Shown: in pieces, positions 1 to 10,849 of the stretch
Position numbering within the stretch: the stretch's first letter is position 1
Layout of the letters: every line of letters begins with the position of its first letter
NCBI GenBank assembly: GCA_010909165.1
Contig: MU008242.1
Coordinates: 1 to 25,209, forward strand
Length of the DNA: 25,209 bases
Direction of reading: 5' to 3'
Origin: Anthoceros angustus
Lineage: Eukaryota; Plantae; Anthocerotophyta
Notes under the pieces: generated by a model
What the model saw: the letters and a program-made list of their open reading frames with translations, nothing else
The model's database searches: none
What the model was told of the DNA's origin: nothing
Program-made: the position numbers and the translations under genes

Positions 1-1654
1 ACTTTGGAGGAGAATTTCGTTTCAAATCATATGAGTTGGTGCTTGGGAAGGCTAGGGTGCAAGGCCAGGTGGCTTGTGGCAAGGTGAAGAAGAAGGGCGT
101 GAGCAGAGGTGGAAGTCCTGAGCGCCCAAGAGAAAGAGCGGGGAGGAAATTGAGGAAGAAGAGAAGGAGAAGAAGGTTGGGCGCAACCCAACACTTGCCA
201 AGCTCGTGAGGGTGCCTAGGAGGGTGGAGCGTGGCAAGATTGCTAGGAAACCGTGAAGGAAGGGCTCCTAAATTGCTTATGGCGGTGTAAGAGCCCGTGG
301 GGAATTTTGGTGAGCTTTCTCTTGCAGAGCTCGGGTCACTACGGGTTCCACAGTGGGCGTCAACATCATCGCATCCCCAAGCTGAGCCCTTGAAAGCCAG
401 AACTCCCATGTCTTGTGCAGCTCCTTCACTCCCCATGTCTTGTGGCCCTTCAATAGTTTACGCACCCACCATAGGTGGCACCAGGCACTTTGAGTTCAGC
501 CATTACCAATCTTTTTTGGTGCTTGCCTCTTTGCTGTGAGCACGTTTCAAGTAGCATGCTTGGGCGTCGGACGCATCAGCCTCGCTCCCGTTGCGAGGCG
601 CCGTATCTTCACACACCGAACCCTTCAACCTTCATGATCCTTGGCCTGCCTACTACAAAAAAGTTTGACACACAATAAAGGGCTGAGATTACTAAGACTC
701 TGTCGATTAGACTCTAAATTTCAAAATAGGAATCTCCAACCCGGTATGAGCACTCGAGCACTTCCCACATCTGAGGTTTAAATTGAAACCAAAGTCTCTC
801 TCCTATGGAGAGAGAACATTCATTAAATTTCAAAGGCCCCTCTCTCTAGCCGGATCACAAAGCGTTGCAGGACTCTCTCTCCCGTCAGTGTGGTGCAGTC
901 ACGCCAGTGTTAGATTTGCACTTTCATAATTAAATCTCACCACAAATAGTTTCTACCATAAATGAATCTTTTTTCTCGCTGAATGTTTTTGAGTGCATCT
1001 GTTTTGATGGTCACCCTTGCTCTAAAAATTTTCAGACAAATTGGACATCATTTGATCAATCCAAAATTATCTAAACGGAAAAAGTGGACACATGTGGACA
1101 TAAATCCGCGTTACGATTGTTGCATACTTACATGGTACACCAAACCATACTTCAACATCTTCAACTATTGTGAATCATTGTCTCCTTGCGGTGACTCATT
1201 CCTTCCTTTTTCTTTATGCCCGGCTGTGACAATGCATAGGCCTCCATATCATAGTCATTGAAATCCTCTTCTCTGGCGCATGGCTCATCATGTTGCAAGC
1301 TCCTTCAATAACTTCTCCACTTGCCCCATCAACGCTTGTGGAACATGCTGTCTTTTCAGCCTTTGCACTCGCCATCTCCTTTGGCTTGAGTTCCAGGTGA
1401 GCCTCCTAGCAAGCTTTGATGTGTTGCTCTGATCACATTATGCTCTCCTCGATGTCGTTTGTGGCGCATCTCCTTTCAATATTTTCTACCACTTGGAACA
1501 CCTCAACCAATGATAGGTTTCACCATAAGGAATGCCTTGCATCATTTCTCCACTTTGTGGAAGGTATGGTCCCCAAGTCGGGTGTTCGCCCCTCTTCAAA
1601 ATCCTAAGGGGATATTGCTCCTTGAGTTTGCATTTAAGGGTTAGGTGGGGCCTA

Positions 1655-1885
1655 ACTTCATCTGAGTGCGTAGACAAAACTTTGAAGGAGGATTTGGCAC
1701 ACATTGGGGGCCTTTCTCTATCAGGGGATCCACAGGTGGCGTTTGGTCTCCTCTCTTCTTGCTTTGCGCGTCGCCCGGGGTACCTTATTTGCACCATGCG
1801 TCCCTCTTCGGCTTTTCTAGCTAGCCTGAGGGACTTTGACAACCAGGTATGTAGGCGTTGGATGACATCATCGGCCCAAGTACGA
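1655..1885 (+). mobile_element. Fragment of a CRE-like non-LTR retrotransposon (region C-terminal to RT)
   Basis: The translation 'TLKEDLAHIGGLSLSGDPQVAFGLLSSCFARRPGYLICTMRPSSAFLASLRDFD' (ORF 1532..1930) resembles the post-RT pattern 'L..L.D.Q.A..LL..C...RP.YL.RT.PP...FD' of CRE-clade elements. Recognised from memory, no search run. Confidence 0.6.
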
Positions 1886-2403
1886 GGGGATTTTATAGAA
1901 ATATATCAAAATTTGATTCGATGTTATTGATTTATTAAATAAAATAATAAGGTATATCTATTGTGTACTACCAAAGTGATGAGTACCGCATAGGGTTTCG
2001 TCTGTAGGATGAAGCACTTTGCTTTGCAGCTTAGGGTGGAAGTTTGACAAGGCTTGGCACTTGGATGGGAGAGCTAGAAATGGTTTTGTGTGGAGTCTTG
2101 TTGTAATAGCGGCATGGATGGCTAGCATTACTACTCTGTTGCAAATAAAGTAGCATCTCTCATCGGTGGCACAGGTTGTCAAGGACGGGCTGCTTGGAGC
2201 CTAACGGTGTTGAGAGAAGAGATCGTTGCTCAGGCTCTGGTGACTTGACAAGACCAAAGGCGTGTTGAGAAAAATAGAGCATTGTGAGGTTCCACTTCCC
2301 TTGAGCTCGGGTGAAATGGCAAGACCCAAGGCGATGTCTTTGCTTCCACATCACAATTCGTGGTTGCTTGATGGGGTGTCATTTATATGATATTTTGTTT
2401 CTT

Positions 2404-2433
2404 GAAGAAGAAGAAGAAGAAGAAGAAGAAGAA
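2404..2433 (+). repeat. (GAA)10 microsatellite
   Basis: Directly visible perfect trinucleotide run. Confidence 0.97.
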
Positions 2434-2837
2434 GACTGAGGAGAAAGCGCAACTATACCTAATTTCTTTGCAACTTTCATAATTTAACTCATTCTTGAGT
2501 GTCTCTTTGTCTTAGTTTCTTTACTGATGTTGGTAGGATTCTACAACATCTCTTGCATATTTCCTATGCGATAAAGTTATAGCTTTACAACCATCTTGCG
2601 AGCATCTTCCGTTTTTTGAGAACCCAAACATCGCTCCTGAATATTATTCTAGGCGTCAAGACTTCGTTTTGGTTTCACATTGATCTAATATACTAGTCAT
2701 GAGGTTTCACAAAGCAGCCTATAAGGGGATGCGATTGAGCATAGAATGCAATAGGCAATGCTAGAATATTGGCCTTGAACTAGATTATGGTTACATATTT
2801 AAATTTATATTGTGCATTTCAATCGTAGCCATGGCTC

Positions 2838-3013
2838 TTGTTACAACAAGTGGGCCCGTATGACTTTTATAGTAGTGGGCTCAGAAATTTTTACATCATC
2901 GAGGCCTTTTTAATAGGTGGACCCATAGGGTTTTTACAAAAGGCAGAGAGTGTTTTACAACAAAGTCCTATAGGACTTTTCAAATCAGTAGCTTAAAGAA
3001 CCCTAACCCTAAC
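2838..3013. repeat. Degenerate ~20-25-bp tandem repeat ending in (CCCTAA)2
   Basis: Recurring units of the form TTTT(A)CAAC..GTGGGCCC.TAGG, e.g. ttgttacaacaagtgggcccgtatgac, ttttaataggtggacccataggg and ttttacaacaaagtcctatagga. These are followed by aaccctaaccctaac. Confidence 0.45.
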
Positions 3014-3220
3014 AAAACTATATCCTTAATTTCTTTGCAAGTAAAGTTATTGCCTTATAGCCTTTTTTGACTTTCCAAATTTTCTAAGCAATCGGATATC
3101 ACTTGTGAATGACCCTAGAAGTCATGAATGATAAGAGAGATGAGATAAACTTACCATCTACCATATGAAACTAGAAGAAGACAATAAAGGTTAAATGAAG
3201 TCAATAACAAATTCTTCTTC

Positions 3221-3290
3221 TACATGTGAGTACTTCCATATGTATTTGAATTCATTCATATTAGTTTTCTATGATATTCTTCTTTTCTTT
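3221..3290 (+). repeat. 70-bp direct repeat, copy 1
   Basis: Identical to 4224-4293 (tacatgtgagtacttcc...ttcttttcttt). A diverged partial copy starts at ~4131. Confidence 0.93.
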
Positions 3291-4223
3291 GCTATGTTCT
3301 AATACCTATTGTAGATCCGAACTCTTCTATTCTACATATCATATAACTAGGAAATATGATAAACATATTTCATAGTTTGGATATTTCATATTTCCAAACA
3401 TACTACGAACTATCATACCATTGAAATATCCAAATATGGAGATAGTGCTACACGTTGGGTAGGGAACTGAATTGCGGCAAAGGTGGTGGACCCTCTCAAC
3501 AACGTAATCTTAATCTTCCCTTTTTCTTTCCTTAATAGGCAACTCTTCAAGATTGCCTTAGGTAATCTATCTCAACCCCACACGCATAGTTAGCTAGGCC
3601 TACCACAGCCAGGGTTGTTGCAACTACGACTTAAAGTCTTAAGTGTTAGAATATCAAGATATACCAAGGATTAGGATATTCTTATATTATACTATAAAGA
3701 GATTATACATGACACCCTGACACTAGCAAAGCTACCTATAAGCTATCTATGCGTCATGTCATAAGCACAATAGAGTCTATCTTGTATAGTCCGGTGGTGA
3801 GACTATTCATCTAATCTAGGAGGCCATTGGCCTTCCTTCTATCCACTAGAGTAGCAAATGCTTGAATCTCTTACATTGAGGAAGAGTTCTATAGGAGAAG
3901 AATGGGCATACAACAAGTAACAAGAAGTTTTTACACTCGGCAATATCATATCGTGGAAAAATCAAATGTCAATATAATACTAACGTCTTCTTCATATAAT
4001 TTTTCACACATAATATCGAGATAAATACAAAATATGAGGGTAGATATCGATAAAAGAGTCACTTTGGATCTATATATGTATGCATTGCTGTGCAGCAAAT
4101 ATATTTGGGAATGATGACTTCACACCAAGAGTGAGTACTTCCATATATGATTTATTTAGATTAGATTTTGTGTAATTTTTCTATTTTTTCTTTTTTGTTT
4201 CATGTATATTATCTGGGTTTGGG

Positions 4224-4293
4224 TACATGTGAGTACTTCCATATGTATTTGAATTCATTCATATTAGTTTTCTATGATATTCTTCTTTTCTTT
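4224..4293 (+). repeat. 70-bp direct repeat, copy 2
   Basis: Identical to 3221-3290. Confidence 0.93.
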
Positions 4294-5125
4294 CTTCTTT
4301 ATGGAATCGAGTACTTACAAATAAAATCTTTTGAATAGACTTGCAAGCATGAGAGCTACCAAGAGAAGAGTGACATTGCAAATGCAACAAAAAGACATTT
4401 TAGCCACAGAGGCTAACAAGCTAATCACTCACAAGGCGCTAGTGAATGGGCCACTAGCCATTTTCGAGTGAAGGTCTCTGGCAACCATCAAGCGAGTCAT
4501 CAAGAAAGAACGTATTATCCAGTGTCAAACAACACGACTTAGAACGTAGACGCTTGCGACCTTGTGCATCTCCGAAGTTGAAAAAGTTGTATGATTGGTT
4601 TGTGGCGGAGAAGGAGCCGCAAAGATGCTGAAATATGTAAACAGCGAAAATTTTCTATGAGCAATTACCCAGTGCGGAACAGACGGGCTCTCATATTTTC
4701 AAATGGGTGGGCCTTAGGATTCAAGCGTAGACATGGTATAGCATGACATGTAAAGCGTGAAAACCTCGGCTTAACCCGCTTAAGTTCAAAGAGCTCAAAT
4801 TGAGACTTCTTAGATACGTATAGAAGACGATCTCTTTTTGTTCTCATGAGATTCTTTAAGACTATTTTGGGCAGTTTTGTTCCCATCATAATTTTGCATA
4901 TGGTATAATTTTTTTATTTAAAAATTGGAAAAAAAAACAAAGCAACCCTACTATGCTGTACCTATTTCGATGCCAGCTCTAGACAATTCAAATGATCCTT
5001 TGTCTTCTTTTTGGGCGAAGCTTGAGCTCCGATTGGCATGCACCAAGCTAAGGCTCGATCAAAACTACCTCCGTCGGTGTCCCCACGATCATATCACGCC
5101 AGCTCGGCCAATTTCGGTGGGTCAG

Positions 5126-5168
5126 TAGATTGCGGCCTAGTCATATGCATGACTAGGCCGCAAGTCTA
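5126..5168. repeat. Strong hairpin / inverted repeat
   Basis: Perfect 15-bp arms TTGCGGCCTAGTCAT (5130-5144) and ATGACTAGGCCGCAA (5149-5163) with a 4-nt loop. The stem extends by TAGA/TCTA across a 1-nt bulge. Confidence 0.9.
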
Positions 5169-5303
5169 GCTTGCAATTGGTCTCATAATCTTAGTCGATC
5201 GAGCCATCCATAATTGATGATTTTGTGCCCGACGGTGCTAAGCGGAGCTAAAGCATAAAAAGAAAAAGCCAAAATTTCAAGGTGTTTAAATTGATATACC
5301 AGA

Positions 5304-5612
5304 TAGTATTATGGTGTTATTTCACGGACCATCGAGACGTTCCCTTGAGCGAGAGCAGAAAGCAAGGGGTGGAGGAGAGGGATGAGGGAGCTCAGTCTGA
5401 GACGAGGAGGCTAGGGAGAAGTGAAGGAGGATGGAGCTCTTGCTACCTTGTAGGATTGAGTTAGGGTAGGGGCGCGCCCGACCGGATGCGCCTCAACATG
5501 TTTTCCCTCACCGGCATATCGAGATTTTTCAGACGAACCACAAACCAGTCCACATCCACAACTCTACAGCAACTCTGTGAACTTCACGAACTAGGGACCA
5601 ATCCATACACAC
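5304..5612. repeat. ~300-bp dispersed repeat (possibly an LTR), copy A
   Basis: Reverse-complement homolog of 17853-18148. Both read TAGTATTATGGTGTTATTTCAC...CTCACCGGCATATCGAGATTTTTC...CCATACACAC. Confidence 0.9.
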
Positions 5613-6273
5613 AGCCCTATAGCAACATGATGAAAATCATGCTAAGCTCTAAGCATAAAAGAAGCGTGAAAAGTTTGGGACTACCGGTGTCCCGAGTATG
5701 AGCTTGTCCCGGGGCAACTCCACCAATCTTAGCTGTGAGGACTATGGGGCCTTGTCCCATAGACGATCCATGATCCTGGGGCTGTCCCATGTCCCAAAGT
5801 AGAACGATCCGGCAGTCCAGCGTAGGCCTTATCCCAATTTGGGGGTATCCCAGCGATCTTGCTATGGGGCTGCCATGTCCCATGGTGGGGCGATCTGAAT
5901 TGCGACTCACTCCCTGTTGCCCACTTATCGTCACTCGATTCGGTTGAGCTCTGAATGGGGCCAAAGTTTGGCCGATCCAGTATGAGTCCACCACAAAGGT
6001 CCTTGCAAGAACAAAATATCTTTGGAGAGCATACTGCTCCTAAAATAAAGAGATCAACTGCGCAATGGCGGGAATCACGAGATTTCTTGAGATTTCTTGG
6101 CCAGCCAGTTTCTGTTGGTGGGAGCACATGTAAATTGAGCCTTGGCGTAGCCTTAGGAAGCACGCGTGAGCAAAAAACACCTGAGATCGATCGATCTTGG
6201 ATTTCCAGTTGCAAGGGTTCACAAAGTGCTTTCCTCCCTAGCAGCAGCGCGCTCGAGCCTGATTTCGAAGACA

Positions 6274-8655
6274 CCTCATTCCTTGCCCCAGTCCGGGTGC
6301 AATTGGTTGTAGCCGGAGTATCCATCCAAGAAGGAGTAAGTACTCGATCACCTTACCTGTCGATGTCGCCGTCCACGAAGGGCATGAAATGGTCCTTCTC
6401 ATTGGCGGCGTTGAGTTTCCTCCAATCCTGGCGGAACGGATCGCCCTTGTTTCTTGGGCACGATGACAATGGGTGCTACCCATTCGCTGTTCACGATTGG
6501 AAAGATGATGTCCGCCTCCAAATATTTGTCGAGACCTCCTTGACCTTGTGTTTGGGATTCATTTTATCATCGAATCGAGCGAGGCAGCTCTTGGCTTAGT
6601 CTATCCGGTATTCGCCTTATTTGAATGCCTTTCATATCCGTGACCTTGAAAGCAAACACCTCTCGCTAAATTCCCCAACAAGCGTGAGGTCTCACTTCAA
6701 CTCCGGCATACCTTGCGAATTTTAAGTGCCGGGCGGACCTCCACGTCTTCCACATCGTCGATTAGTAGTCCCTTTCCCTCGCTCGCTCGCCCAAAGCCAT
6801 CATCCTCCATCCGAGGTTCATCCTCCGCATCCCCACTCTCGGAAAAGCTTTGCAGGGTGGCCGGGTCACTTCTTGAGGTCCTCCACCTCCTCGTTGGTGG
6901 GTCTCCTCCCTTGCCCTCGTCCTCCACAGCTGCGCGGCCTCTCGGAAACAATTGAAAACCTCCGCTCCAAAAGCGTCCCTCCGGTAGTCCATCTCTTCTT
7001 CGGACCACGAGATTTTTGGGAAGGGGTAGGCGTCATCCGTATCCTCGCGTTCATCGTTCCCATTGTCCTTGGCGGAAGTGTACCCCTCTGTGGTGCTTAC
7101 GGTTTCCCCGCAGTATGTGTCCTTGCTCCAGGTGATCGCTACTCGCCCTTCCCTTACCTTCGGATTCCAGTCGACTGGTTTGAAGTGGATCTCCTTCCTT
7201 CCGAAGTGTAGTTTTATGCGGCGAGTCGGCCGGACGCTAGCGATACCGTACCCCGGAGGTCCGGGCTTGATGACCATGAAGTCAATGTGTAGGGTGCCCA
7301 CCTTTGGTTGCTTGGACTCGGGACAACTCCCCGGTCTTTGGCGTGACATGTCCGCCATCACACGAGGGTTTTGGTGGATGGCTCAAATGTCTTGTGAACC
7401 CCAACCGCCTTGATGTGGCCTCCGTGATGAGGTTGACTCACCATGTCTAGGGAGTGCGTTTTTATCAACGCGATTTCTACAGACCACAACCGAGGTATGA
7501 GATACCACTCTTACCTCCGTTCTTGGCCTTACAACCCAGCGGCGTTTGGCGTGGTTGTGTCTCCTGAGCCCTCCGGACTTCCTGCCCGATTGTCTCTTGT
7601 CTTGTTTGAGTGACACGGTGTTGTTGGTCCATCATCAAGTCGACCACCTTGAGGCGTGGCCCAGGTGGCGTGTCGCCGTGATTCTTCTAGCGCTCCGCCA
7701 CCGTTCCGCGTTGGCCGGCCCCCCTCCTATCGGATCTCCTCCTGAAGCATCTCCGTCACTTCACGAACCACATCCGGTGGAAACTGGGGTGTTGCCTCGG
7801 GTGGGTCCGTTCCTTCTGCTATCGCTTCAGGGGTTTTCTTCTCGGCCGTTTCCTCTGACAGAGCTGCCCGCTTCATCTTGCCTTCTTTGACTGGCTCTCC
7901 CTCCCTCGCGAGAGTCCCGTCCTCCGTATCGGTGGTACTCTCTCCATTCTTCTTCCTCTTTAACTGTCTTCTCTCCTTTCGCTCCTTCCGGCTTTGGACA
8001 CCTCTAATACCTCCAGGGGCCACCTTCTCCTCCTCTTAGATCCACTTTGTGCTACTCCGCCCCAAGTTTCCCGGTGCCTCTTCCCACTCCTGTGCCATCT
8101 TCAATCATGCACCAGGCGGTCTTAGGGAGAGGGGCGTGAGTGGTCGTGGCTCCTCGGTAGGGGTGGCGTGGCGCACCGTCCTCGGCGAGGTTCGAACTCT
8201 TGCAGCCATGTGTCTGCACAGCAATCTCCACACAGGCGTTCAAAATCCCGTTACCTTGCAGTGGGGTATGGGCACGCATTGGAGTAGTGCCACAGGTTCC
8301 CACATTCCAGTGAGACCACCGCCGGAGAATTCCGGAGGGCTCTGATCTTTGCATGGTCGATGCATGGATGGTCCGGGCCGTGGGGTACATCGTCTTGGGA
8401 TACTGGCCCCAGTGCTTCCTGCGGCAATGCTCCTCCCCGCCTCCTCGGACTCCTCCCGTGGCGTACTCCACTTGGTTTACAGGTGCGGAGGATTAGCCTT
8501 GATTGCCCATCTTTGGTGGCACACGCACACCATAGATGAGTCCAGAACCGTGGTGGCCGCCTTCCGCGTTCTCTCCTTCACGGTTGATTGTCAAATTCTT
8601 CCACCCTCTTCATTACCGTTCATCTTCCCTAAAGTGGTATCGCCTCTGCCGAACC
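6274..8655 (-). mobile_element. Ty3/gypsy retrotransposon remnant: gag zinc knuckle(s), aspartic protease, N-terminal RT; heavily frameshifted
   Basis: All on the minus strand. Knuckle 'CGNLWHYSNACP' at ~8270-8305. Protease-like 'LDM..VNLITEATSRRLG...MADMSRQRP...HIDFMVIKPGPPGY' at ~7230-7465. RT 'VFAFKVTDMKGI...LEADIIFPIVNSEWVAPIVIVPKK...DWRKLNAA..KDHFMPF...SFLDGYSGYNQ' at ~6295-6660. PPT-like GGGGCAAGGAATGAGG at 6274-6289, followed by TG. Confidence 0.88.
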
Positions 8656-10335
8656 TGACAAAGCGCATGAGGAGCACAAGAGAATAATACATTAAGATCA
8701 AGAAAGGTATATAAAAGAGTGAGAGTATTGTAACCGTTTTTAAACCTAATAAAGTTATCGATGACCTAACCCTAATGAAGCGTTAATAAAACTAGAGTTA
8801 GGTATGAACTAAATAATAGGTAAAACTAAAAACTATTATCCAATACCCCCGGACCTAACTTTCGGTAGAAAGCAGCTTATGAACGCTATCCAAAACTTGG
8901 GAGAGCGAAACAAAACTGTCTTCTATGGTAGATCCCTCATTTCGGCGATTGCATGCACGCTAGAGCTTGCGGTGGCTATCATGCTAGCGCATGGATCCTG
9001 CTTCCACCTCGAGGCCTTTGCACCATGGAGATCACGAAAGAGGCCAAAACATAACGGAGGAGGCTGAGTGAAAGTGTTGGGCCAATCAGGCGGTGTGGAA
9101 AGAAAGGGCATCTCCTGCTATCATCCGATCTTTGTAGTGAGAGAAGAGGAGCTGGTCATCTTCCAGGCTGCTTGCTTGCTTCCGCTGCCATATGACTCCT
9201 TGGAAGAAAGTAAGTTGATAAGGTGCCCTGATTAAATACTAGTGTTGCTTCATCCGAGCTAGGTGATCTGTGGACACGTGTGGACACGCTAGGGATCAAT
9301 GATTGTCACATGCATGACCTGCAGACTGTGCGTTGAAAGGATGTCCAATCTTTGAGCGTAGGAGCTAAGCTCCTCCACCCTCCAGTGTTGGTGATGTGCA
9401 TGCTTGAATCTTTGTCAATCAATGGGGCCTAGGGGTAATATCTTGATCATGAGCTGCCTTTGGAAGTCCTTTATGGCAGTCGCCACATTGGCTGAAGTAT
9501 GCACATATTGAAGCTTGATTGTCCCCATGTCTGCTGTCTGACGGATAAAGTGAAATTGTATCTCTATGTGTTTAGATCTTGCATGCGAGGAATAGGGTTG
9601 GGTATTAGGGGCTACTGGTTATTTGGTTATACTCTTTCAATAGAGTTGGTCAGTCTCCCAATGAATACCATCTACAAATTGGCGGACCCAAGTGATCTCA
9701 CGGCAGAGGAAAGTGCACCATACTCGGCTTGGGCAGAGGCGGTATTGATAGCTTCTTGCCAACTAAGTGAGCCTTGCAGGAGGACACAATATGCACGACA
9801 ATGGACTTGCAGGAGTCTCGTCTCACCTTGTCGGCATCACGAAAAAGAGGTGAGTACACTGTTGCCATCATGTGAGTACTTGAGGAACATATGTTGAGTT
9901 CCTTCAAATAGCAGTATTCTTTTGTGACCACCCAATGCTTTGGTCGGGGTTTGCAAGAAAGCGGGAAAATGCCAACGACTTGTGAAATATCTGGGCCAGT
10001 CCATCCGGCAAGATAAAGGAGGCCTTAGCGCCTCCCTATAAAGGTACAATTTGCATGGCTGCTTTCTCCGGATCGTAGAAGGCGTCTTCTAATGATTTGT
10101 TGCTTGTAGAAAGCAGTGGGCGTGGATTGGCACCTGTAGATTGAATTTAGTCAACAATTGCCGAATGAAATGGGCGGTGGATACATACATTGGTCATGTT
10201 CGGATCAAAAAGGCGAATCTTAGAGGCGAACTTCAAAGGGCCAACGTCATATCCCACTCTTGAGAAAGTTCATGTTTAATAGAGAGGATACGCTCATCAG
10301 CGGCGAACAAAGTTGTCGTCCATAAAGGCGATGAT
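8656..10335 (-). mobile_element. Ty1/copia element B, 3' part (RT C-terminus, RNase H, 3' UTR, putative 3' LTR at 8656-8845)
   Basis: Minus strand reads, across frameshifts: 'IIA..DD', 'IKHELSQEWDMT', 'YREAL', 'PDISQVVG', 'KRIL..LKGT', and the RNase H motif 'HARSKHIEIQFHFIRQ...IKLQYVHTSANVA'. An AT-rich ~190-bp segment follows CCGGGGG and ends in CA at 8656 (tentative LTR). Confidence 0.85.
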
Positions 10336-10554
10336 AGTTAGAGATGCATATGCGGGCGTCTTGCATCAAGTAGATGCTTTATTAACAATGAATATGTTTA
10401 GTTCATAGGTGGGCTTATAAAGGATGGTTACGAGGGGTGTGTCCTTTCACTAGCACGCTAGTTAACTAACTACCAACTAAATGAGTCTAGTTTGACTAAT
10501 CCACATTGGGTCGGTCTAGTCGACCTTAACCAACGCAGTGCACTATTTCTAACT
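10336..10554 (-). repeat. 3' LTR of copia element A
   Basis: Direct repeat of 16711-16932 (about 95% identical by eye, first ~97 nt identical). Terminal inverted repeat AGTTAGA...TCTAACT. Confidence 0.96.
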
Positions 10555-10563
10555 CTCCCTCTC
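10555..10563 (-). other. Polypurine tract of copia element A
   Basis: Minus strand GAGAGGGAG directly abuts the 3' LTR. Confidence 0.85.
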
Positions 10564-10849
10564 GAGACACGTTGAGTTATCGAGATCTCCGTAAAACAAA
10601 GGAGACCACTCGTTGTCGAGTCTTGCAATGTGCTAGTCTTCCACTACTTTGTCTCAACTCGCGTCGTACTCCCTCGCGAGGCTGGCTCTCCGGACTCACG
10701 GAGTAGTACACGGTTGTGGCGGGCGGAAGCAAGGCATGCGCAACAAGCACAACTTCAAGTGATGGAACAAAAGATGATAAGCCTCACCATATGGTGACTT
10801 GTCTAGCGTCATAAAGCTACTACGATCTACTAATCCAAGCCCTTCTCTG

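Noticed and set aside
1-1530. Short ORFs and possible gag-like remnants
   Set aside because: No motif I can identify with confidence; likely decayed TE sequence.
3860-3910. Single LRR-like stretch (LESLTLRKSSIGEE)
   Set aside because: One short motif in stop-rich, AT-rich DNA; compatible with chance.
2838-4293. CRISPR-like array
   Set aside because: The repeats are degenerate or only duplicated, without regular unique spacers. The context is eukaryotic and there are no cas genes.
5126-5170. Helitron 3' end (hairpin plus CTAG)
   Set aside because: CTAG is only ~2 nt from the stem rather than ~10 nt and is not followed by T. No Rep/helicase sequence is present.
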